From contig JAHFGV010000005.1 in the NCBI GenBank assembly GCA_023247255.1, positions 6,067 to 70,066 of the forward strand: DNA of 64,000 bases, written 5' to 3'. The notes beneath the pieces were generated by a model, which worked only from the letters and a program-made list of their open reading frames with translations, was not told the origin of the DNA and made no database searches. Made by a program: the position numbers and the translations under genes. Source of the stretch: Candidatus Omnitrophota bacterium. Its GTDB lineage: Bacteria; Omnitrophota; Gorgyraeia; Aquiviventales; Aquiviventaceae. Positions 25,849 to 34,627 of this stretch are shown piece by piece. The first letter of the stretch is position 1. Each line of letters starts with the position of its first letter.

Positions 25849-26925
25849 GTGAACCTCCTCGTTGTGGGACTCAGTCATCGCACCGCGCCGCTCGAATTGC
25901 GCGAGCTGCTGGCGATCCCGTCACGCGAGTTGCCCGACACACTCGGCGATCTTCATACCCAGTTCGGGATCGATGAAGCGGTGATCCTGTCGACCTGCAA
26001 TCGGGTTGAGATCTACGTCATCACACCAGACCCCTCCGCAACCTCCTACGGCCTCATCGACTTCTTGAGTCATCGAAGCCACGTGGCCCCCGAGGCGTTC
26101 CAATCCCGGATGTATTGCCTAACGGGACCTGACGCGGTGAGACAGCTCTTTGGCGTCACTGCAGGGCTGGATTCGATGGTCCTTGGGGAGTCAGAAATCA
26201 CGGCCCAAGTGAAACAAGCCTATCGGGTGGCACAAACCGAAGAGACAACCGGGCTTGTGCTCCATCGCCTCTTCCAGAAAGCCTTGCACACGGCAAAGGT
26301 CATTCGATCCAAGACACGCTTAGGCTTTGGCCAAGCCTCCATCGGATCAATCGTTGTCGCGCTTGCCAGGAAACTCTTCGAAGGGCAACTTCAAAATTGC
26401 GAAGTCTTGCTTTGGGGAGCCGGAAAGGCGGCGGAATCGACTGCACGGTATCTCATCAAGAACGGGGTGGGCCAGTTGTGGATTGTCAACCGCACACCGC
26501 TCAAAGCGCGGGATCTTGCGACGCTTTGCCAAAGCGGCTGGCTCTCGTGGGAGCAGGCGTTGAAGCACCTCGCCCACGTCGATATTGCCATCGTCTGCAC
26601 CCAAGCGCCGCACTACGTCATCGATCAAGGCGACCTCGATGCGGTTGCGGCTCAGCGCGGCAGCCGCCCCCTGTGTCTCGTTGACCTGGCGGTGCCTCGC
26701 AACGTCGAGCCGTCCCTCGCGCGGCATCCCGGTGTGCGCCTCTACAACATCGATGATCTCCAAACCATTACGCAGGCTGCACAATCGCAGCGTGAACAGG
26801 AACGCGAACGCTCTGACGCGCTCATTCAGGAGCAGGTCAACCATTTCTCTCGTTGGTGGATGGCAGTTTCCCACAAGAAGGAGGATGTTCCATGCCGATC
26901 CGTCGAGGCCTTCTCGTCGGTGTGA
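25849..26925 (+). CDS. hemA: glutamyl-tRNA reductase (short C-terminus)
   Basis: GTG start. Motifs VVGLSHRTAPLELRE, STCNRVEIY, GESEI and GAGKAAE are present. At 358 aa it is shorter than the ~420 aa I recall as typical. Confidence 0.85.
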   Translation: MNLLVVGLSHRTAPLELRELLAIPSRELPDTLGDLHTQFGIDEAVILSTCNRVEIYVITPDPSATSYGLIDFLSHRSHVAPEAFQSRMYCLTGPDAVRQLFGVTAGLDSMVLGESEITAQVKQAYRVAQTEETTGLVLHRLFQKALHTAKVIRSKTRLGFGQASIGSIVVALARKLFEGQLQNCEVLLWGAGKAAESTARYLIKNGVGQLWIVNRTPLKARDLATLCQSGWLSWEQALKHLAHVDIAIVCTQAPHYVIDQGDLDAVAAQRGSRPLCLVDLAVPRNVEPSLARHPGVRLYNIDDLQTITQAAQSQREQERERSDALIQEQVNHFSRWWMAVSHKKEDVPCRSVEAFSSV

Positions 26926-28118
26926 GTCTCGTCGCGGCGCTTACGCTCGGAGAATCAGCGTGGGCAACGATCGAGAACCTCAAAAGCTACAAGGCAGCCT
27001 ATCCCGATAAAGATCCCAAGGCCTATTCGTGCAAGGCCTGCCACGAGGGCCTCATCGGGAAGAAAGACAACCTCAACGCCTATGGTCTCACCTTGCAGAA
27101 GTTCAAAGTGGATGCCGGGGCGAAGAAATTGACCGAAGAAGATTTTCGGGCGTTCGAGGCTGCGGATGCTGATGGGGATGGCGCCTCCAATCTTGATGAG
27201 CTGGACGCGGGCACTGATCTGAATGATCCCACGTCCGTGCCGGAGGGCGCTGGGCAAACGCCAGAAAAAAAAGAAGAAAGCCCAGGCACTGAGCAGCAGA
27301 CAAGCCCTCCAGGCGGCGCGTCGCAACTGAATCCAGGGACACTGAAACAGTTGCAGGCCTACCTGGAGGAGCAGATCGTCCCAGACGTTCAAGCGGCGCC
27401 AGAGGAATCGTCAGTGTCTAGGCGGCATGACGACAAAACAGCGTCCAACGCCAAATCCTCCCAACCCGAACAGGCTGAGTACGTGGGGATGGAGACCTGC
27501 GCGATGTGTCATAACAAGCAGCACCAGGAATTTCTCCACTCAACCCATGCCAGGATCGCAATCCCCGGAGAGACCAAGGCGCAAGGTTGTGAGACCTGTC
27601 ATGGGCCCGGCAGTCTGCACGTTGCTGCCGGTGGCGGTCGTGGCGTCGGTGGGATTATCAATCCGAAGAAGGATCCCGGCGCCTGTTTTGCCTGTCACCT
27701 CGACAAGAAAGCGGAATTTCGTTTGCCCCATCACCATCCCGTGATGGAAGGCAAGATGAGTTGTGCGGATTGCCACAATCCCCACGGTGAGGATGTGCGG
27801 CCGTGGTCAGCGACGACGCTGAAGGATATCAATGAGGCCTGCTTTCGGTGCCACAAGGAACAGCGCGGCCCATTCGCCTGGGAACACGAGGCGCTGCGGG
27901 AAGGTTGCACGACCTGTCACAAGGTTCATGGCTCGATTCACGAGAAGATGCTGCTCGTCCGGGACAACAACTTGTGCCTGCGCTGCCATACGCAGACGAA
28001 CTTCCCGACCATTGGCAGGTCCAGCCATGCTGGCCGGCTTCCCCAAGGGACGTGCTTTAGCGCGGGATGCCATACGGCGGTTCACGGATCGAACTTCGAC
28101 GATCACCTCCGCTACTAA
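26892..28118 (+). CDS. periplasmic multihaem cytochrome c (MtrA/DmsE-like body)
   Basis: ATG 26892 follows AAGGAGG, then a signal peptide. 8 CXXCH motifs plus CFSAGCH (CX4CH). C-terminal motif CHTAVHGSN. TSP3-like motif DADGDGASNLDELDAGTDLNDP. Confidence 0.8.
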   Translation: MPIRRGLLVGVSLVAALTLGESAWATIENLKSYKAAYPDKDPKAYSCKACHEGLIGKKDNLNAYGLTLQKFKVDAGAKKLTEEDFRAFEAADADGDGASNLDELDAGTDLNDPTSVPEGAGQTPEKKEESPGTEQQTSPPGGASQLNPGTLKQLQAYLEEQIVPDVQAAPEESSVSRRHDDKTASNAKSSQPEQAEYVGMETCAMCHNKQHQEFLHSTHARIAIPGETKAQGCETCHGPGSLHVAAGGGRGVGGIINPKKDPGACFACHLDKKAEFRLPHHHPVMEGKMSCADCHNPHGEDVRPWSATTLKDINEACFRCHKEQRGPFAWEHEALREGCTTCHKVHGSIHEKMLLVRDNNLCLRCHTQTNFPTIGRSSHAGRLPQGTCFSAGCHTAVHGSNFDDHLRY

Positions 28119-28130
28119 AGGAGACGCCTC

Positions 28131-30191
28131 ATGCGCGCGATGCTTTGTTGGACGTTGGGAGGAATTCTGGGTGTGAGTCTATGGTTACCCTCACGCCTTG
28201 CTGAGGCTGCGGACCCGGAGGTTTCCCTTTCCCTGGAGCCCATCCGTTATGCGTTCGTCAATGGCGACCGGGATAAGTTTAGCGCCCATCATTGGATGAA
28301 AGACAACTACGTCGGAGGCGTGAAGGAGTTTTCCTTCGACTACGCCCTTGCGGATGGAACGCAGCTCTCCGCAGAAAGCCACGCGCTCATTGATCAAAAC
28401 GATTTGGGCGCTGACGTCTCACTTAAGAAAGACTCACTGGGCTTTTTCAATCTCGGCTACTCCGAATTCCGCAAGTATTACGATAAAACCGGTGGTGTGT
28501 ACTATCCGTTTACCACCCTTCGCAGCAACGATACGTTTAAGGACCTTGCTCTGGACATCGGTCACCTCAGCCTTGAAAGCGGGTTGACCCTGGAAGGCTG
28601 GCCTGACCTGACCTTCGAGTACGAGCGCGAATTCAAGGATGGGGCGAAATCGCGCCTGAGCTGGGTCCCAACGAAGGAAGGGACCACCACCCGGAATATC
28701 GGTCCCTCGTGGCAAGATCTTGATGAGGTCGTCGACTCATTTGGCCTCAAAGCCGATCATGAGATCGCAGGATTCACTCTCAAGGGCGAGCAGCGATGGG
28801 AGTTCGTGCGGACCGAAACCTTTCGGGAGGAGAAATTTCTCGCGACAACAGGTGTCGCAGCAGACACCAAGATTCGACGGCAGGACCAAGCCCCGCAAGC
28901 CACCTTGATGACGACGACGTTAGGCGGGGAGCGTTCGTTCTTCGCTGACAAGATATTTACATCGATGGGCTACCATTTCGCCCACATGGATAATCGGGAA
29001 TTCGAGACAATCGTCGAGTCGAACGCGGCTGGAACCGTAACAAACTTTTCGAATCCGAAGCAGATCCGTAATGCGCGCGCCGATAACGACTACGATACCC
29101 ATACCTGGGTAGGGAACTTCATGATCAACCCCTGGAACTGGCTGAGCCTCGGGACCAAACTCAAGGCTGAAGCGATTCACCGGGAGAGCGACTCAAGCTA
29201 TCCGGCGGATGCCTCGCCGAACTCCACGGGCGGCAGCACCCCGAATGGGGCGATCGACTCTCTCGTGGCCAGTCTCAACAAGAACAAGGCCGTTCGCTGG
29301 GGGGAAGGAGTGTCCCTGCGGTTTTTTGGCATCCCACGCACCGCTCTCTACACTGATTTGGAGTTGGAGCAATCGCGAGTAATCTTGGCAGAGGATCGGA
29401 AAGATTTAGTGACGATCCCGAATGTCAACGAGGATTTCAGCCGCTACACTGTCACCAACGTCCGACGAGGGACGTGGACATTGGGCGGCCATGTCGCGCC
29501 GGGGTCGTTCCTCGATCTGACGACGCAGGTCCGGCGACGTGTCAACAACAACGACTACGATGACCAACGGGAAACCGTCGCCTCAGGGACGGCGCTGTCC
29601 GCATTCGTCGATATGCAGAACATCCATACGGATGAGTTCACCACGCGGGCCACGCTGCGGCCCTCTCGGTGGTTTCGCCCCTCGTTCCGGTACCAGTTCC
29701 GTAACGATAAATATGCGACTCGGACGGAAGCGCAGGATACCGTAAAGACGGGTATGCTCTCGAACATCTACACTTTTGACGTAACGGCACAACCGTTGCG
29801 AGACCTCACGACCACCGCCTCCTTCTCGCGTCAGACGGCCGTCACCACCACTCCCGCGGGTTCGGCGTCGTCAGCAAACGTTCCTGGGTTTCGCGCAAAT
29901 GTCAACACGTGGCTTTTCAGCACCGACTACAGCCCAAGGGCGAATGTGAGTATCACCAACGCGCTGCTCTATTCGCGCGCAAGAAACTTCAACGATTTTA
30001 CCGCCAGCGGGATGCCGTTCGGGACCTCGTTTGATCGGCTGGATGTGACCACAGGTCTGAAGTGGGCGCTGACCGAGGATACGTCTGTTGGCACCGAATA
30101 CGCATTCTACTCGTATCTGCCCAATTCGCTGACCGAAGTGGGCGACTACCATGCCCACGTCATCTGGCTCGAGTTGTCGAAGCAGTTTTGA
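28131..30191 (+). CDS. outer-membrane beta-barrel protein (MtrB/PioB-like porin candidate)
   Basis: 686 aa with a signal peptide (..SRLAEA/AD) and alternating aromatic/Gly-rich strands. The C-terminal ..WLELSKQF ends in Phe. Begins 13 nt after the cytochrome gene. Confidence 0.6.
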   Translation: MRAMLCWTLGGILGVSLWLPSRLAEAADPEVSLSLEPIRYAFVNGDRDKFSAHHWMKDNYVGGVKEFSFDYALADGTQLSAESHALIDQNDLGADVSLKKDSLGFFNLGYSEFRKYYDKTGGVYYPFTTLRSNDTFKDLALDIGHLSLESGLTLEGWPDLTFEYEREFKDGAKSRLSWVPTKEGTTTRNIGPSWQDLDEVVDSFGLKADHEIAGFTLKGEQRWEFVRTETFREEKFLATTGVAADTKIRRQDQAPQATLMTTTLGGERSFFADKIFTSMGYHFAHMDNREFETIVESNAAGTVTNFSNPKQIRNARADNDYDTHTWVGNFMINPWNWLSLGTKLKAEAIHRESDSSYPADASPNSTGGSTPNGAIDSLVASLNKNKAVRWGEGVSLRFFGIPRTALYTDLELEQSRVILAEDRKDLVTIPNVNEDFSRYTVTNVRRGTWTLGGHVAPGSFLDLTTQVRRRVNNNDYDDQRETVASGTALSAFVDMQNIHTDEFTTRATLRPSRWFRPSFRYQFRNDKYATRTEAQDTVKTGMLSNIYTFDVTAQPLRDLTTTASFSRQTAVTTTPAGSASSANVPGFRANVNTWLFSTDYSPRANVSITNALLYSRARNFNDFTASGMPFGTSFDRLDVTTGLKWALTEDTSVGTEYAFYSYLPNSLTEVGDYHAHVIWLELSKQF

Positions 30192-30634
30192 TGTGTCCTC
30201 GTCAGCCCCTCAGTCGCCGGGTTTTCCTGGCGCTTTGCCTCAGGGGTGGTGGGCTTGCCCTGCTTGGGGCTGCGCTCTATCCCATCCTGCGGTATCTCTA
30301 TCCTCCCCGAGGCGTTGAATCCTCCGTCTCCAGCGTTGCGGCGGCGAAGGTGGGGGATCTGGCGACGAATACCGCGAAGATCTTCCGGTTCGGCAGTCGG
30401 CCCGGCCTCCTCATTCGTTCCCCCCAAGGCGAGCTCAAAGCCTTCTCGGCGGTGTGCACCCACCTCAACTGCACCGTTCAGTACGACAGCGACGCGAGCA
30501 TCATCTGGTGCGCCTGCCACAACGGCAAGTATGACTTAAACGGACAGGTCATCTCCGGCCCTCCCCCACGACCACTCGATGCCTACCAGGTGAACGTCCG
30601 CGGAGAAGACATCATCGTCTCCAAGACGTCCTAG
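30191..30634 (+). CDS. Rieske [2Fe-2S] protein
   Basis: ATG 30191 overlaps the porin stop (TGATG). RR-containing N-terminus plus a TM helix. Cluster motifs CTHLNC and CACHNG. Confidence 0.85.
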   Translation: MCPRQPLSRRVFLALCLRGGGLALLGAALYPILRYLYPPRGVESSVSSVAAAKVGDLATNTAKIFRFGSRPGLLIRSPQGELKAFSAVCTHLNCTVQYDSDASIIWCACHNGKYDLNGQVISGPPPRPLDAYQVNVRGEDIIVSKTS

Positions 30635-30638
30635 CCTG

Positions 30639-31709
30639 ATGGGGTACTTCGAGCACCTACGCGCATTCTTGCATGAGCGCTACCGGCTGGGTGGCCTAGT
30701 GGATCTCGCCACGCATAAGACGGTCCCCATCCACCGCCACAGCGTCTGGTACTACTGGGGCGGCATGACGCTCGTGCTCATCGGCATCCAGATCATCAGC
30801 GGTGTGCTGCTGTTGCTGTACTACCGCCCATCAGCCCAGGAAGCCTTCGAGTCGGTTCGCTTCCTCATGACGCGGGTGCAATTCGGGTGGCTGGTGCGCT
30901 CCGTGCACGCGTGGGCGGCGAACCTGGCGATCTTCTGCGCGATGGTGCATCTGGCCAGCGTCTTTTTCCTGAAGGCGTATCGGCCACCCCGTGAACTGAC
31001 CTGGGTGACCGGGGTTGTGTTGTTGTTTCTGCTATTTGGTTTCGGATTTACCGGCTACCTCCTGCCGTGGAATACGCTGGCGTTTTTCGCCACCAAGGTC
31101 GGCACGGAAATCGCGGGGATTGTGCCCGTCGTCGGGCCTGTCGTTCAAATCTTTCTGCGCGGTGGAAGCGACGTTGGGGATGTGACGATCACGCGGTTCT
31201 TTTGGCTTCATGTCGCAATCCTGCCAATCGGCCTGATGACACTCTTAAGCCTTCATCTGCTCATGATCCAGCTCCAGGGCATGAGCAAACCGCCTTGGGT
31301 TAAGAGCAATCGGTCCATGCCGTTCTTTCCGAATTTTTTCCTGCGCGATCTGGTTGCCTGGTCACTCATACTGGGGATAGTGCTGTGTGTGAGCGTGCAC
31401 TGGCCCGCGACGCTCGGCGAAAAGGCCGATCCGTTCGCTCCGACACCCGTGGGCATCCAACCGGAATGGTATTTTCTCTGGATGTTTCAGACGCTCAAGA
31501 TTTTCCCTGGCCACCTGTTTGGTCTCGAGGGTGAGTTAGTCGCGGTGGGATTGACCGGACTGGCGGGTCTTGCGCTGCTACTCGTTCCATGGCTGGATCG
31601 CCCCGCCCGACGGGAGCAATCATCCTGGCTGGTATGGGCTGTTGGCGTGTTGGGCATTGCCTATGTCGTCGGGATGACCGGCTACGCGCTATGGGTGAAA
31701 CCTCACTGA
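30639..31709 (+). CDS. cytochrome b (b6 plus subunit-IV-like, fused)
   Basis: 356 aa with WYYWGGMTL, VRSVHAWAANL and GYLLPWN, plus the paired His context. Confidence 0.9.
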   Translation: MGYFEHLRAFLHERYRLGGLVDLATHKTVPIHRHSVWYYWGGMTLVLIGIQIISGVLLLLYYRPSAQEAFESVRFLMTRVQFGWLVRSVHAWAANLAIFCAMVHLASVFFLKAYRPPRELTWVTGVVLLFLLFGFGFTGYLLPWNTLAFFATKVGTEIAGIVPVVGPVVQIFLRGGSDVGDVTITRFFWLHVAILPIGLMTLLSLHLLMIQLQGMSKPPWVKSNRSMPFFPNFFLRDLVAWSLILGIVLCVSVHWPATLGEKADPFAPTPVGIQPEWYFLWMFQTLKIFPGHLFGLEGELVAVGLTGLAGLALLLVPWLDRPARREQSSWLVWAVGVLGIAYVVGMTGYALWVKPH

Positions 31710-32995
31710 TGACAGGGTATCGTCTACGGGTGGCACTCGGACTTCTGCTGTGCCCTGGCTTTGTGTGGTCGGCTGAGAAGCCGAATAGTTGTGTCGAGTG
31801 CCACAAGCAGGTGGAGGGCCAAACGCGAGGGCCGGCCACACTGGCTGCAGAGGACGTGCATTTCCAGCGAGGCTTGTCCTGCGTGGATTGCCATGGCGGC
31901 GATCCAACAGCGATGGATCCTCAAGCCGCGATGGACCCGGCTAAAGGGTTCCTCGGTCGCCCGAGGCGGGAGCAGATTCCCCAGTTTTGCGCCCGGTGCC
32001 ACGCGGATCCGGCCACCATGCGCAAGTACAATCCCAATCTTCCGACTGACCAATACGCGAAGTACCTGACCAGTCAGCACGGGAAGCGCTTCAGTGTTGG
32101 CGATGCCGATGTGCCGGTCTGCATCAGTTGCCACGAGGCGCACGGCATCCGCTCGAAAAAAGACCCAGCCTCGCCGGTCTACCCGACGAACATCCCCGGA
32201 ACCTGCGCGAGCTGCCACAGCGACGCGTCGATCATGGACAAACACGGCTTGCCGGTGAACCAGCACTGGGACTACTCGCAGAGCGTCCACGGCCAGGCGC
32301 TGTTGTTCCGTGGCGATCGTGCGGCTCCCCATTGCGCGAGCTGCCACGGATCGCACGAAGCGGCCAAACCTAGGACGGTCGCAATCGGCAACGTCTGCGC
32401 TCAGTGCCATAGCCTCACGCGCGATCTGTTTGCAAAGAGTCCCCACAAGGCCGCGCATGAAGCCTTAGGGCTTCCGGAGTGCGAGGTCTGCCACGGCAAT
32501 CACCTGATCCGCAAGCCAAGCGACGAGATGCTTGGGACGGGACAAGATGCGGTGTGTGTCAGTTGTCACGAGCCAGGGTCGACCGGCTACGTCACCGCGC
32601 AGCAGATGCGCAGCGCCATCGAGCAACTGAAAACCCACATGGCCAGCGCTGAGGCAGCCGTCAGGCACGCAGCGGAGTTGGGCATGGATGTCGGTGACGC
32701 GGAATTTGAGCTTCGCGAGGCGATGACCCAACTCACGCAAGAGCGCACCTACGTCCACTCTTTCTCCGCCGCAACCATGGAACCCATTGCCGAGGAGGGA
32801 ACTCACCACGCCCTGCGGGCCGAGGGGCAAGCCCGCCAGGCGATCCGTGAGTTTCATTTCCGCCGTCAGGGCTTGTGGGTCACCCTGATCATTCTCGCCC
32901 TCGTGGTTTCTGGACTCCTTCTGAAGATTCGAGACTTGGAGCGATCGGACTCGACAGACAAGATGGACGACACATCCCCTCGCGACTCCTCGTAA
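31709..32995 (+). CDS. nonahaem cytochrome c with C-terminal membrane anchor
   Basis: ATG 31709 overlaps the cyt b stop (TGATG). Signal peptide, 9 CXXCH motifs, a helical region and a C-terminal TM (LWVTLIILALVVSGLLL). Confidence 0.8.
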   Translation: MTGYRLRVALGLLLCPGFVWSAEKPNSCVECHKQVEGQTRGPATLAAEDVHFQRGLSCVDCHGGDPTAMDPQAAMDPAKGFLGRPRREQIPQFCARCHADPATMRKYNPNLPTDQYAKYLTSQHGKRFSVGDADVPVCISCHEAHGIRSKKDPASPVYPTNIPGTCASCHSDASIMDKHGLPVNQHWDYSQSVHGQALLFRGDRAAPHCASCHGSHEAAKPRTVAIGNVCAQCHSLTRDLFAKSPHKAAHEALGLPECEVCHGNHLIRKPSDEMLGTGQDAVCVSCHEPGSTGYVTAQQMRSAIEQLKTHMASAEAAVRHAAELGMDVGDAEFELREAMTQLTQERTYVHSFSAATMEPIAEEGTHHALRAEGQARQAIREFHFRRQGLWVTLIILALVVSGLLLKIRDLERSDSTDKMDDTSPRDSS

Positions 32996-33032
32996 AATCT
33001 GCCATTTCCGGCTATGATATCTGCGGAGCATC

Positions 33033-34550
33033 ATGAACCACACATCGATGCCAAAACCCCCCAGCCTCTTGCGCAACCCGCTGAGCTTTTTCGGCCTCGC
33101 CGTCGCCATCACGAGCACGGCGTTTGGCCTGCCCATGATGTTCGTCGACATGTTCAGTCGACGCACGCATCCGTATCTTGCTGTGCTCGTTTATCTCGTG
33201 CTGCCGTTCGTTGCAGCAGGCGGCGTCGGCTTAGTCCTGCTTGGAGCATTGTGGGAACGCCGTCGAAGACGCCGACGGCCTGGCATGGTAGTGCCACCCC
33301 TGCCATCCATCGATCTCAATCGAAGCGCCCACCAGATTGCTGTGGCTGGAGCACTCACAACGTTCATGACTATTGTGGCCATGCTCTCCGTGACCGGCTA
33401 CCGGGCGTACCACTTTACGGAGTCGGTCAAATTCTGCGGCCTGGTCTGTCACCAGGTGATGAAACCGGAGTATACGGCGTATCAGTATTCTCCGCATGCG
33501 CGCGTGGCCTGCACCCAGTGCCATGTCGGGCCTGGTGCAAGCTGGTTCGTGCGCTCAAAGATCACAGGAGCGTATCAGGTTTACGCGGTTACATTCAACA
33601 AGTACCCGCGCCCGATTCCCACACCCGTGAAGAGCCTGCGTCCGGCGCAAGAAACTTGCGAGCAATGCCACTGGCCGGCGAAGTTTTTTGGCGCGCAGCA
33701 GAAAACCTTCACGCACTACATGGCGGATGAGCACAACAGCCCGTGGCAGATTCAGATGCTGCTGAAAATCGGCGGCGGCGATCCGTCGGTTGGCGCTCCT
33801 GCGGGCATTCACTGGCACATGAACATCAAGAACGATATTTATTACATTGCCTCAGATGAGCAGCGGGAAACCATTCCGTGGGTGCGCGTGGTCGAGCCGC
33901 AGGGACGCATCGCCGAATATATGTCGATGGAAAGTCCGCTCTCGCCGGAGCAGATCGTAAAGAGCGAAGTGCGCCGCATGGACTGCGTGGATTGCCACAA
34001 CCGGCCCTCCCACATCTTTCGACCGCCGGATCGTGCGGTGGAGGAGGCCTTCGAGACCGGCCGGCTAGAGCGGTCCCTGCCGTATCTGAAGCGCGAAGCC
34101 ATAAGGTTGTTGGCGCAAGAGTACCCCTCGGAGGAGCAGGCGTTATCAGCCATCCTGAAAGGCTTGGCCGAGTTCTACCAGAAGGACTATCCAGAGGTGT
34201 ATCGCGAACAGGCAGTCGCTATTCAACAGGCCACAGCTGAGTTGCAACGCATCTATTCGAGGAATTTCTTTCCCGAGATGCGCGCCGATTGGCGCGCCCA
34301 TCCCAACCACATGGGCCATCTAAATGCCGAAGGCTGCTTCCGCTGCCACGATGGGCTGCACAAAAACCGCGAGGGCAAGGTGCTAACCAAAGACTGTACC
34401 GCCTGTCACACGATCTTGGCCCAGGGGCCACCTGAGGAGGTGGCGCAAGCCAAGCTTGAAGCGCAGCCGTTTCGCCACCCGGTCGACGTGGGGATGGACG
34501 TGACGGAATTTAAGTGCAGCCAGTGTCATACCGGCACGAGCGGTCTCTAG
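33033..34550 (+). CDS. membrane-anchored multihaem cytochrome (NapC/NirT-related, ImcH-like architecture)
   Basis: 505 aa with N-terminal TM helices. CGLVCH (CX3CH) followed by 6 CXXCH motifs. Confidence 0.7.
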   Translation: MNHTSMPKPPSLLRNPLSFFGLAVAITSTAFGLPMMFVDMFSRRTHPYLAVLVYLVLPFVAAGGVGLVLLGALWERRRRRRRPGMVVPPLPSIDLNRSAHQIAVAGALTTFMTIVAMLSVTGYRAYHFTESVKFCGLVCHQVMKPEYTAYQYSPHARVACTQCHVGPGASWFVRSKITGAYQVYAVTFNKYPRPIPTPVKSLRPAQETCEQCHWPAKFFGAQQKTFTHYMADEHNSPWQIQMLLKIGGGDPSVGAPAGIHWHMNIKNDIYYIASDEQRETIPWVRVVEPQGRIAEYMSMESPLSPEQIVKSEVRRMDCVDCHNRPSHIFRPPDRAVEEAFETGRLERSLPYLKREAIRLLAQEYPSEEQALSAILKGLAEFYQKDYPEVYREQAVAIQQATAELQRIYSRNFFPEMRADWRAHPNHMGHLNAEGCFRCHDGLHKNREGKVLTKDCTACHTILAQGPPEEVAQAKLEAQPFRHPVDVGMDVTEFKCSQCHTGTSGL

Positions 34551-34627
34551 GCCTGCCCGCCTGTCGTCCAAAAGTGTGATCTGGGTCATAGTTCGTCTCC
34601 CTGCGTTCTGAGAAGATTACTTAGGCG

